Below, piece by piece: positions 46,909 to 56,438 of a stretch of DNA of 64,000 nucleotides; within the stretch, counting starts at the first letter, position 1; each line of letters starts with the position of its first letter. Position numbers and translations under genes: made by a program. The notes below the pieces were generated by a model. The model saw only the letters and a list, made by a program, of their open reading frames with translations, was not told where the DNA came from and made no database searches. This stretch comes from an uncultured Ruminobacter sp. (GTDB taxonomy: Bacteria; Pseudomonadota; Gammaproteobacteria; Enterobacterales; Succinivibrionaceae). The DNA lies in assembly GCA_902776415.1 (NCBI GenBank), contig CACYPY010000001.1, positions 61,893-125,892 on the forward strand. The letters run 5' to 3'.

Positions 46909-48255
46909 TCAGTATTCCCAGGACTCCTGATGAAATCTAAATCCCTGAGGAGCTGTCACATAACGCTCCAGATCCCCTCCGAACCTGGCCGAAAGCATGG
47001 CCAGCTCCGTCAGGGAATGAGCAACCCGGAGATGATTGCAGCCGGCATCGTCGTAGGATTCGGACTCAATGGCCCCCATCTCAAAAAGACGCTGCCTTAA
47101 GGCTCCCGCCTCAGGAGGAAGACAGAGCTCCAGACAGACCCGATCCCGTCCCAGACATTCCGAAACGGCCCGGAGCAGCAGATCAATCCCCAGTCTCTCC
47201 CTGCCGGAAATGGAAACCGCACAGGGCTTTCCGGAGCTGTCATGCTCCACATGAGGAGAAATCCCCGGAATCCGGTCAATCTTGTTATAGACCTTCAGCA
47301 CCGGAACACTCCCGGCTCCGATATCCTCCATGACCTTCTCCACCGAAAGGATCTTTTCCTTCATGTCCGCATCGCCGGAATCAATAACCATAAGAGCCAG
47401 ATCCGACTCCCGGGCCTCTCTGAGGGTTGCCTTGAAGGCCGCCACCAGATTATGGGGAAGTTCTCTTATGAACCCCACGGTGTCGGCAAATACGGTTTTG
47501 CCCACCCGGGGCAACGTAATGGTTCTCAGCGTGGGATCCAGGGTGGCAAAAAGCTGATCGGCGGCATAGACATCCGCATTGGTAAGGGTGTTGAAAAGGG
47601 TGGACTTCCCGGAGTTGGTATACCCCACCAAAGATACTACCGGAAGCCCCCGGCGAGAACGGGCCCTGCCTCCCTGATCCCGCTGCTTCTCAACCACGGC
47701 CAGTTCCTTCCGGAGCGTGTTCACACGATCCTTGAGAAGACGCCTGTCATATTCCAGCTGGGTTTCACCGGGACCGCCCCTAAGGCCGAAACCGCCACGC
47801 TGTCTCTCAAGATGCGTCCATCCCCTTACCAGTCTGGTTTCCAGATATCCCAGCTGAGCAAGCTCCACCTGCAACTTACCCTCCCGGGTGCGGGCCCGAT
47901 CCGCGAAGATATCAAGAATGAGAGCAGTTCTGGTAATTACCCTCAAGCCGAGAAATCCTTCGAGATTCCGTTCCTGGGAGGGGGAAAGCTCATGATTGAA
48001 AATGACGGTTTCTCCGTCGCAGGACTCCACCAGGGCTTTGAGCTCGGCGGTCTTGCCGGAACCAATGAAATACTTGGGATCGGGACAGGAACGGGCACAG
48101 GTCAGGATACCGACTATCTCGGCTCCTGAAGAAACGGCGAGCATCTTCAGCTCTTCCAGACTGCCCGAATCATCTTTCTGGGAAAAAGAAACACTTACAA
48201 GGACAGCTTTGGCACCGCCCTTGTAGCGCTCGTCGAAATCGAAAAGAGCTGTAAT
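46909..48255 (-). CDS. hflX: Ribosome-splitting GTPase HflX; proposed ATT start at 48255
   Basis: GSGK, LSPSQERNLE, GPGETQLE, GYTNSGKS, LFATLD, DTVGF and NKID motifs. Homology extends 37 codons upstream of the first ATG (48144). Confidence 0.93.
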   Translation of the reverse strand: MTALFDFDERYKGGAKAVLVSVSFSQKDDSGSLEELKMLAVSSGAEIVGILTCARSCPDPKYFIGSGKTAELKALVESCDGETVIFNHELSPSQERNLEGFLGLRVITRTALILDIFADRARTREGKLQVELAQLGYLETRLVRGWTHLERQRGGFGLRGGPGETQLEYDRRLLKDRVNTLRKELAVVEKQRDQGGRARSRRGLPVVSLVGYTNSGKSTLFNTLTNADVYAADQLFATLDPTLRTITLPRVGKTVFADTVGFIRELPHNLVAAFKATLREARESDLALMVIDSGDADMKEKILSVEKVMEDIGAGSVPVLKVYNKIDRIPGISPHVEHDSSGKPCAVSISGRERLGIDLLLRAVSECLGRDRVCLELCLPPEAGALRQRLFEMGAIESESYDDAGCNHLRVAHSLTELAMLSARFGGDLERYVTAPQGFRFHQESWEY

Positions 48256-48298
48256 CTTGAACTCCTCAGCCTAAACACCTGCTGCAAACAAACAGCGG

Positions 48299-48559
48299 TT
48301 ACTTTTCCTTGGTCTCTGGAGCCTGCGGAGCAGCCGCATCATCATCGGAAATCGCTACGGCCTTGGCCGGGACAACTGTGGAAATGGCATGCTTGTAAAC
48401 CATCTGATTCACATTGTTCTTAAGCAGTATCACAAACTGATCAAACGATTCCACCTGTCCCTGAAGCTTAATGCCGTTAACAAGGTATATGGATACGGGA
48501 ATTCTCTCCTTCCGCAACGTATTCAGAAACGGATCTTGCAATGATTGGCCTTTCGACAT
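48299..48559 (-). CDS. hfq: RNA chaperone Hfq
   Basis: [13 protein letters not shown]...[11 protein letters not shown]. Confidence 0.98.
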   Translation of the reverse strand: MSKGQSLQDPFLNTLRKERIPVSIYLVNGIKLQGQVESFDQFVILLKNNVNQMVYKHAISTVVPAKAVAISDDDAAAPQAPETKEK

Positions 48560-48941
48560 AAAAACGGTCTTTCCTTCGATAAACAACTTAATAATAATAA
48601 TCAACTGACGAAACTTCCGGCCGGAGCCGCAAAATCACGCCATCCTTCAGATACCGAACCGCACGTTTGCACATGCCGTCCCGTATCATTAAAATCTTAA
48701 CAACACCTGTTAAAAGCAGAGCATTATACACCAAATGAACACGTTTTACAGGATAATAAGCAGGAACTTCCTGACAACCGTCAAATAATTACCCGCAACA
48801 TGGGATGTAAGAACCTGTCAGATCTTTACATGCGTAATGATAATAAAAATAAAAATCACTTAACCGAAACAAATTTTGTCAATAGCATGAAAATACTGAC
48901 AATCCGATCACTATTTTCCGCTAAAAAACTGTTTTTCGCCA

Positions 48942-49913
48942 TCATTCTTTCCGGATTTCTCCCCCCTGAGTCGCGAAGATCTGGGCTTTCAGTTCCCGCA
49001 ACACTGTTTCCGGATTGTCAGCCGCCCCCATTTCCAGACTGATATACGGCTGCTTCCAGCCCCTGATCCAGGTCATCTGCCTTTTTGCCAGCTGACAGGT
49101 TGCGATAACAGCCCGTTCCTTCATTTCATCATACGAAATTTCTCCGGCCAGATACTGCCACATCTGACGATATCCTACGGATCTCAGGGCAGGAAGATCC
49201 GGAGTCAGATCTCCTCTTTCGAAAAGGGCCCGAACCTCTGCCTCAAAGCCTTTTTCCAGCATCTTTGCAAATCGCTCCCTGATTATCGGCCTGAGGAGTC
49301 TCCTTTCCGGATCCGGCAACAGTGCAAACCGTCTGAGTTGCCACGGGCATCCCTTCCTGGGCTGGCTTCTGATGAGCTCCGTAAGCGATTTCCCTGTCAT
49401 GAGATAAACCTCGCAGGCTCTGCCAATGCGCTGGACATCATTGGCAGCAAGTCTTTCCCATGATTCCGGGTCAAACTCCCTGAGCCAGTCCCGCACACGG
49501 GGAAGCCCCTCTTCCTCAATAAGCTCATTAACCTTTTTTCTGATCTCCGGAGTGGTTTCCGGAAGGCAGGACAGGCCTTCCTCGAAGGCTTTGAAATAAA
49601 GCATGGTTCCCCCGGTCAGGATCGGCATCCGGCCTCTTTTCCGGATTTCCGGAATCAGTCTGTCGGCATCGGCCTTAAAATCAGCGGCACTGTAGGGATC
49701 TCCGGGGTCTCTTACGGAAACCAGATGATGCGGAATTCCGGCCATCTCGGAAACATCAGGCTTGGCAGTGCCGATATCCATCCCCCGGTAAACCAGAGCC
49801 GAATCGGCACTGACAATTTCCCCGTCCAGAGCCTGCGCCAGTCTGATGGCCAGACTGGTCTTTCCGGTGGCCGTGGGGCCCATAAGCACAATGGCGTCAA
49901 TGTTCTCACTCAT
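48942..49913 (-). CDS. miaA: tRNA dimethylallyltransferase
   Basis: GPTATGKT, DS.LVYRGMDIGTAKP, GGTMLY, VGYRQ and LAKRQMTW motifs. Confidence 0.96.
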   Translation of the reverse strand: MSENIDAIVLMGPTATGKTSLAIRLAQALDGEIVSADSALVYRGMDIGTAKPDVSEMAGIPHHLVSVRDPGDPYSAADFKADADRLIPEIRKRGRMPILTGGTMLYFKAFEEGLSCLPETTPEIRKKVNELIEEEGLPRVRDWLREFDPESWERLAANDVQRIGRACEVYLMTGKSLTELIRSQPRKGCPWQLRRFALLPDPERRLLRPIIRERFAKMLEKGFEAEVRALFERGDLTPDLPALRSVGYRQMWQYLAGEISYDEMKERAVIATCQLAKRQMTWIRGWKQPYISLEMGAADNPETVLRELKAQIFATQGGEIRKE

Positions 49914-52248
49914 CGGCAAGGTGCTCCCTTATCATCATTCCGAGAGGGAGCTCCCACACAATGTCCTCTGGAAGTCCCGTAAAAAAAACGGCATCAGGAA
50001 CCGATCCAAGAACCCTTTCAGCCATTTCCTGACTGAAAAAAACCGGAGCCTTTTCAGCAAAAAGGGCTGCGGCAAAGGCAAGGACCAGGGTTCGGGATGT
50101 GTATCCGGCAAGTTCGCCGCCGGTTAACGCAATCTGTCCTGCGGGGGCCCGAAGTTCCTCAAGCACCGCATTTTCATCCAGATCCTCAAGAAAATTCCTG
50201 AAGAACTTTCCAAAATCCGATCCCCGGACCACAGCCGGCACCGCGGCCACACTCGTCTCGTAAAGGCCGGTATCCATAGTAAAACCAAGCTCCGCTAGGG
50301 CCTTCATTATCTCGGGGGAAAAGCTCCGGTTCAGCCTGACAAGGAACGGTATGGAAAGCTCCGATCTCCGGAGAAGATCCCCGGCATCCGTATCCAGTCT
50401 CTCGCAGAATCTCCTGGCAAAAAGACGCCCGGCCAGCTTTTTTGTATTAACCAGAAAAAGCCGCTGCGACATCCGGGCCACCGCATAATTAATTTCCGGA
50501 ATAAGCACCGCGGCGCAGGGAGAATCCCCGGACGACGGAGAAAGCCACGGGAAAAGGTCCGTTCCCTGAGCCGTTCCGGAAACGCACTGAGTACTTCGTC
50601 CGGAACCATTACCGGGAACGGGCGACCTTCCGGTGGCTGCCTCCCCGGCAGGATTACCGGAAGTTCCGGCAGTTTCTGACGTAATTCCGCGGGGTGGCGG
50701 GAGTTCCCGTTCTCCCGTGCCGGACATGTCATCACTGCCAATGGGTTTCGTCCTGCTGAGATCCAAAAGCGATTTGGAAAACTCCTTAGCCCTGGCATTG
50801 GCACTGGCATTATACCTGCCGCCTCCGCACGGAAATCCCCCGCCTGCTGCCGGAAAGTGCGAGTATGCGGAAAACAGCTGCCCGGATTCCCGCGAGTCCG
50901 GAGGGGATTCCTCCTTTCTTCCGGTTCTGTTTCCGAATAATTTCCGGTACAGATCATCCGCCCCCGTTTCTGAAACTCCGGAGGATGGGGCGTCATAATC
51001 AATTACTGCGGCATCCGCAACATGGGACTCCGGGGAATCTGCCGGAAATACGGGGAAAGATGCGGAGGGCGGCACAGGGATCCCGGGGGACTGATTCTCA
51101 GGAAATCCTGATGATCCGGTCTCCCCGCCTTTCCCTGTCGCAAGACTCTCCCTTTCGAGCTCCTGAATCCGGGAGGCGCTGACTGCAATCGGTCGCGGGG
51201 TGTAGCCATGCTCCGGATCCGGATTTCCGGTTTCCTCCATGGTTTCCGGAAGAAGCTGCTGCGCTCTTCTCAGAGTATTCTTAAGAACCAGGGCTATAAA
51301 ATCATGAATCTCATTGGCCTTCTGAAAACGCACCTCGTACTTCTGAGGGTGCACGTTGATATCCACCTCCCCGGGATCCATTTCCAGAAAAAATACATAC
51401 TGCACCGATCTCTTTTCTCCGAATTCATCCTCGAAGGCGGTATTGATGGCATGAACCAGTGTCTTGTCCCTTACAATCCGTCCGTTGATAAAAAAATACT
51501 GACAGGGATGCGGCACCGGAGCAGGATTGACATACCCGGAAAAACGAACTCCGGAATTCTCCTCGGAAAACTGCAGAAGATCATTTAAGAATCCGTTCCC
51601 GATGATGGATCTCAGTCTTTCGCGATAGCTTTTTTCGTCCTGAGTCCTCCGAAGATCATAAATGACATGCCGGCCGTTTTTAAGAGAAAAGGCCACCTCT
51701 CTCCTGGAAAGCGCCAGTCTCCGGAAAATTTCCTCAATCTGCAGAAACTCTGTCTTTTCGGAACGCAGAAAACGCCTTCGGGCCGGTGTGTTGAAAAACA
51801 GATCCCGCACTTCCGCGGAGGTTCCCTCAGGATAAGCGGCGGGATGCAGCTCGGGCTCCTGTCCCAGACCTTCCACACTGACAGCCCAGGCCATCTCCTG
51901 ATCCCGGGGACGGGAAACCAGAACCAGTCTGGAGACGGCGGCTATGGAAGCCAGAGCCTCGCCCCGAAACCCCATGCTGAGAAGATGATCCAGATCCTCG
52001 ATGGCTGCGATTTTGGAGGTGGCATGCCTTTTGAGGGCCAGGGGAAGCTCGTCCCTGGGAATACCGGATCCGTTATCCCTGACCTGGATCAGCCGGGAGC
52101 CTCCGTTTTCAATAACAACACTGATGCTGTCAGCCCCGGAGTCCAGTGCATTTTCCATAAGCTCCTTGACCACGGCTGCCGGTCGTTCCACCACCTCACC
52201 GGCGGCAATCTGATTGGCCACCTGAGGTGGCAGAAGATGAATCCCCAT
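49906..52248 (-). CDS. mutL: DNA mismatch repair protein MutL with very long low-complexity linker
   Basis: NQIAAGEVVERP, DNGSG, GFRGEAL, DLFFNTPARR and VDINVHP motifs. The C-terminal domain is divergent and has no DQHA endonuclease motif. Confidence 0.92.
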   Translation of the reverse strand: MGIHLLPPQVANQIAAGEVVERPAAVVKELMENALDSGADSISVVIENGGSRLIQVRDNGSGIPRDELPLALKRHATSKIAAIEDLDHLLSMGFRGEALASIAAVSRLVLVSRPRDQEMAWAVSVEGLGQEPELHPAAYPEGTSAEVRDLFFNTPARRRFLRSEKTEFLQIEEIFRRLALSRREVAFSLKNGRHVIYDLRRTQDEKSYRERLRSIIGNGFLNDLLQFSEENSGVRFSGYVNPAPVPHPCQYFFINGRIVRDKTLVHAINTAFEDEFGEKRSVQYVFFLEMDPGEVDINVHPQKYEVRFQKANEIHDFIALVLKNTLRRAQQLLPETMEETGNPDPEHGYTPRPIAVSASRIQELERESLATGKGGETGSSGFPENQSPGIPVPPSASFPVFPADSPESHVADAAVIDYDAPSSGVSETGADDLYRKLFGNRTGRKEESPPDSRESGQLFSAYSHFPAAGGGFPCGGGRYNASANARAKEFSKSLLDLSRTKPIGSDDMSGTGERELPPPRGITSETAGTSGNPAGEAATGRSPVPGNGSGRSTQCVSGTAQGTDLFPWLSPSSGDSPCAAVLIPEINYAVARMSQRLFLVNTKKLAGRLFARRFCERLDTDAGDLLRRSELSIPFLVRLNRSFSPEIMKALAELGFTMDTGLYETSVAAVPAVVRGSDFGKFFRNFLEDLDENAVLEELRAPAGQIALTGGELAGYTSRTLVLAFAAALFAEKAPVFFSQEMAERVLGSVPDAVFFTGLPEDIVWELPLGMMIREHLADE

Positions 52249-54185
52249 TATTTTTTCTTAGGCACCTTAAGTCGCTGTCCCGCATACACCTGATCGCTGG
52301 AAAGCCGGTTCAGCTTCATCAGATATCCCGGGGACACTCCGTGATTCTGGGCAATTTTTGACAGATAGTCCCCCTTCTTCACCACGTAAATAACGGTCTT
52401 TTCGGAGACCGGAGCGTTGCCACTGCCAGCCTGAGGCTTCCGGTGCTCCCCGGACGGCTCGCTTACGGCAATGCCGCATCTCAGCGTATCCTTGTTCTTG
52501 TACACATAACTTCTGATGCCAAGATAGATGGCATGCGCAATGGCCCTCTGATATTTTCCGGTGGCCAAAAGACTGGCTTCATCCGGATTGGACAGATATC
52601 CCGTTTCAATAAGCAGCGACGGAATATCCGGCGCCTTGAGCACTGCCAGGGAACGATTTATGGGAACAGACCTGTGAAGCATGGTTATTTTGCTCAGACT
52701 TCCAAGAATCTCCTTGGCCAGATCATTGCCATCGCCTCTGCTTTGATTGAAAGCCATGTCCACCACCGCTTTCTGAAACATCGGGTCGGCATGATCCTTA
52801 AGGACTTCTCCCACTCCCGAAAGCATTCCGGTTGTGTCGTTGTTCTGCACACTCTTCTTTTCCCTGTTGGCCCGATCCTGGTTCAGAACCAGCACCGATA
52901 CGCCCTGGGCCTGACTGTTGAGAGCACTGTCGGCATGAATGGATATGAGAATGTTGGCATTCTTGTTTCTGGCTATCTGCGAGCGCTGCCCGAGTTCAAT
53001 GAATATATCCCGGTTGCGGGTCAGTCTGCCCGCCATCAGGGGATCGCCGTCAATATAGGCCACCAGGCTTCTGGAGATACCCAGGGTTACCGCCTTCTCC
53101 TGCACATTGCCAACACCGATGGCTCCGGGATCCTTGCCGCCGTGTCCCGGATCAATAACCACAGTGCAGGTGGCAGAGGATTTGCGCTTGTGAGATGTTA
53201 GCGGCTTGGGAGGCTCCGGCGCGGCGGCCAGGCGCTTTTCCAGGGATTCCGGAGGGGCCTTGTTGTCCCCCTCGGAATTCAAATCCTGAAACAGCTCTTC
53301 CTCAAGCTCCCTGACATCCCGGAGGTTATTCCTGCCTCCGGATCCGTTTCCGGAACCGGCGTGATCAGAACTCCTGCCGCTGCCGGAGTTTTTTGAACCG
53401 CTCCCGTTATTTCCTTCCCTGACCGCTTCCCGATCCGGCCTGTTTTCCCGGCTGTCGCCGCCTGTCCTGGCATCATTTCCGGGGGCAGGCTTCTTTCCCT
53501 GAGAAGTACCGTCAATGCCGGCATTGTTTCCGCTGTCCGGGGTTCTGTCATTTTTCGGAGTCCCGGAGCTTCCGTTCCGTTCCGGATCCCTGCTGCCGGG
53601 ATGCGGTTTTCCGCTGTCATTTCCGGAAGCCGGATGCTGCTTCTCATCGGAATTCCGGTTCTGAGAGGTCTTCCTGGCATCTGCTCCGGAATTTCCCGGA
53701 ACGGCAGGATCTGGCTTCCGGTCAGTTCCGGAATCTGCCGGCCTCGGAGCCCCGGATTCTCCACTCGCGGATCCGGTATCCTGATGCGGAAAATCCACCC
53801 AAAAGGTGTTGCCGTATTTCTTAACCACCGGATTAACGCCGTTTTTAAGAAAGAAAATATAGTGGACCTGGTCGTTCTGCCCCCGGGGCGCCCGTTTGAT
53901 TCCGACATTGGATATCACGCTGGAACGCTTTATGGATATGACTCCGGTCTTCCTTGAAGGATCCGTGATATCGCTGAGTACCACCGTGTACGCCGTGCGA
54001 TCATCTTTTGTTTTAAAAACATTGAATTTAGGAGGGGCCTTCATGGTGAAGGTTACACGGGTACAATCATTTTTCCCCTGCACGCAGGCGGATGACTGAA
54101 CGTTTAATATTTCATTGGCAGAAGCCCCTCCCGCAAGAACGAAAACGGACAGGGCAAGACAGGAAATAAAAAACGCTTTGTACAT
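52248..54185 (-). CDS. amiB: N-acetylmuramoyl-L-alanine amidase AmiB-like with C-terminal LysM
   Basis: Signal peptide, IDPGHGGKDPGA, SIHAD, LAVLKAPDIPSLLIETGY and LysM YVVKKGDYLSKIA; operon position. Confidence 0.88.
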   Translation of the reverse strand: MYKAFFISCLALSVFVLAGGASANEILNVQSSACVQGKNDCTRVTFTMKAPPKFNVFKTKDDRTAYTVVLSDITDPSRKTGVISIKRSSVISNVGIKRAPRGQNDQVHYIFFLKNGVNPVVKKYGNTFWVDFPHQDTGSASGESGAPRPADSGTDRKPDPAVPGNSGADARKTSQNRNSDEKQHPASGNDSGKPHPGSRDPERNGSSGTPKNDRTPDSGNNAGIDGTSQGKKPAPGNDARTGGDSRENRPDREAVREGNNGSGSKNSGSGRSSDHAGSGNGSGGRNNLRDVRELEEELFQDLNSEGDNKAPPESLEKRLAAAPEPPKPLTSHKRKSSATCTVVIDPGHGGKDPGAIGVGNVQEKAVTLGISRSLVAYIDGDPLMAGRLTRNRDIFIELGQRSQIARNKNANILISIHADSALNSQAQGVSVLVLNQDRANREKKSVQNNDTTGMLSGVGEVLKDHADPMFQKAVVDMAFNQSRGDGNDLAKEILGSLSKITMLHRSVPINRSLAVLKAPDIPSLLIETGYLSNPDEASLLATGKYQRAIAHAIYLGIRSYVYKNKDTLRCGIAVSEPSGEHRKPQAGSGNAPVSEKTVIYVVKKGDYLSKIAQNHGVSPGYLMKLNRLSSDQVYAGQRLKVPKKK

Positions 54186-54288
54186 TTAAGCCACCTGACT
54201 CTGAAAACAACTGAATCTCAGGATTATATCATTTTGAGGGCGATATTTATCCGGATACCTGAAAGAGCTTTCAGGACTGAAAATAAGA

Positions 54289-54795
54289 TCACTCTCCTGT
54301 CTTTCCGGGGAAGACATCCGAAAGACTTTCGGAAAAAGCCGTAACCATAGCTTCGCCCCGGGGGGTCGCCCCCTCGGCAGTCAGCAGTCTACCGCCGTCC
54401 TGATAGCCGATCCTGACAATAATATCCGGTTCCGGCAGAATCCCCTGGCCCTGCTCCGGCCATTCCACAATACGAACGCTGCGATCCGCAAAGTAGTCCC
54501 GGATTCCCAGAAGTTCCAGCTCCTCCGGATCCTGAAGCCGGTACAGATCAAAATGCCAGACTGGAATTTCCGGAAAGTTATAGGTCTCCACCAGAGTATA
54601 TGTGGGACTCTTTACCACACCCTGCCACCCCCGGAAACGCAAAAAGCCCCTGGTAAAGGTGGTTTTTCCGGTCCCGAGATCTCCGAGAAGAAAAATGGTA
54701 GTGTTTTCGGATACCGCCTTTCCCATAATTTCTCCCAGATATTCCGTATCGGATTCGTTTTCAAGAAAAATCCCTCCGGCAGTAATTCTGTGCAT
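54289..54795 (-). CDS. tsaE: t6A biosynthesis ATPase TsaE
   Basis: GDLGTGKT, VKSPTYTLVETY, HFDLYRL and VEW motifs. Confidence 0.95.
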   Translation of the reverse strand: MHRITAGGIFLENESDTEYLGEIMGKAVSENTTIFLLGDLGTGKTTFTRGFLRFRGWQGVVKSPTYTLVETYNFPEIPVWHFDLYRLQDPEELELLGIRDYFADRSVRIVEWPEQGQGILPEPDIIVRIGYQDGGRLLTAEGATPRGEAMVTAFSESLSDVFPGKTGE

Positions 54796-54821
54796 TTGCT
54801 GTCTCCTGTTGTCTCCCGCTG

Positions 54822-56438
54822 TTAAAGTAACGTCTGCAAGCCGTTCTCTCTGCCGTTAAGCAGTCTTCTGATAAACGGCAGAAGATCCCCGGCACACATG
54901 CCAATGGCCCCGTCCGCCCTTTCGGACAGGATGCCGGCCTCTCCGTGAACCGCCACACCGAGAACCGCAGCCTGGAAGGGATCCATTCCTCCGGCAATCA
55001 GGGCTCCGATAACCCCGGACAGCAGATCCCCCATACCGCCGGAGGCCATTTCCCGGATCGTACCCAGAGGATCGTCAAGGACCTCTGCAACCGTCCGTCC
55101 CGTCAGCATGGCCCCCTCGCCGATGTGCGGAGTCAGGACCAGTGTTTCCGGTCTCCCGGACGGGGCCAGTGCCGGATTATCACAGAGCCGGCGAAGCCAC
55201 CGGAGTCCGTCGGCATCCACCAGGAGTTTCCGGGAATTTCCGTAAATCTCCCGGAATATCCCGGCGTCCCGGGCGGATCTCCCCATTCCCGGACCGACCA
55301 CCGCTGCATCGCTCCATGCGAGATCCCGGGCAATATTTTCGGGGATGCCGGTCATGATTTCCGGATTAATGGCATTCATGGAATCCCGCCTTTCGCTTAA
55401 AAAAACCGTTCTGACAAGCCCGGCACCGCTTCTGACAGCGGCCCTTCCCGCTGTAATGAGAGCTCCCTCCATTCCGGTGCTGCCGCCGACAAGCAGAAGC
55501 CTGCCGGCATCTCCCTTGTGAGCACAGCGGGCGCGTACGGGCAAAAATGCCTTCAGGTCATGATAATCCATGGCAAAAATTCTTTCGTCATGCTGAATTC
55601 TGCGGGCATTGACGGCAAACTCCGAAAGGCTGTCCAGCACGGTCACGACCTTTCCGGCAAAATCTCCGGCACGCCCCAGAAGAAGACCCGGTTTTCTGCT
55701 GAAAACCGTGACGGTCACATAAGCCCGCACCGCCAGTCCCTGCGAAACCGGAATTCCGGTATCGGCATTCAGAAGAGACGGCACATCAAGACTGACTATT
55801 TCCAGGCCGCTCCCGTTAATTTCCTGTACCGCGGCAGACATCCTTTCAAAATCCGGATTTCCGGGACGTCCTCTTAGCACACCGATCCCGGCAATGGCAT
55901 CAATAATCACCGGCGATATACCCGGTGTCGCCCCCCGAACGGAAGCAATCAGCCCGGAAATCCCGGCACTGTCGGCGGCATCCCCGTTTCCGGGTTCCAG
56001 AATTCCCCCTGCGGCAAGATAGCTTTCCCGGGCCCGGACTGCGGCAATTCCCGGCTTCTGGGGCACCGTCTGCACCGTCAGGACGCTACGATAGCCGTTT
56101 CTGATGAGCTCCCGTCCGACAACATATCCGTCTCCTCCGTTATTGCCGTTTCCGGCCAAAATAATAAACGGAGTTCCCCGGAAAGGATAAAGCCGCATAA
56201 TCTCCGCGGCCATGGCGGTGCCGGCTTTCTCCATCAGAGAAAATCCGTCCTGTTCCAGATAAATCAGTTCGATTTCCCTGGTAGCAGCGACACTTAGTAC
56301 AATATCTGATAAATTATCGCAGGGGTTTTGTCGAGCCCCGAGAAACCTCCTGATGAAGTCCGAGGCCCGGCCCCCTGAAGCCGCGGCGCTGCTTCCGGGC
56401 ACCTGTGTTTGCTTTCCGCTGCAAGAAGAGTGATTCAT
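54822..56438 (-). CDS. nnr: NAD(P)HX epimerase/dehydratase Nnr (YjeF) with internal in-frame deletion; start uncertain
   Basis: LMEKAG, GNGNNGGDG, LDVPS, HKGDAG, GPGMG, DADGL, TPH.GE and ASGGMGDLLSG motifs. Confidence 0.85.
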   Translation of the reverse strand: MNHSSCSGKQTQVPGSSAAASGGRASDFIRRFLGARQNPCDNLSDIVLSVAATREIELIYLEQDGFSLMEKAGTAMAAEIMRLYPFRGTPFIILAGNGNNGGDGYVVGRELIRNGYRSVLTVQTVPQKPGIAAVRARESYLAAGGILEPGNGDAADSAGISGLIASVRGATPGISPVIIDAIAGIGVLRGRPGNPDFERMSAAVQEINGSGLEIVSLDVPSLLNADTGIPVSQGLAVRAYVTVTVFSRKPGLLLGRAGDFAGKVVTVLDSLSEFAVNARRIQHDERIFAMDYHDLKAFLPVRARCAHKGDAGRLLLVGGSTGMEGALITAGRAAVRSGAGLVRTVFLSERRDSMNAINPEIMTGIPENIARDLAWSDAAVVGPGMGRSARDAGIFREIYGNSRKLLVDADGLRWLRRLCDNPALAPSGRPETLVLTPHIGEGAMLTGRTVAEVLDDPLGTIREMASGGMGDLLSGVIGALIAGGMDPFQAAVLGVAVHGEAGILSERADGAIGMCAGDLLPFIRRLLNGRENGLQTLL

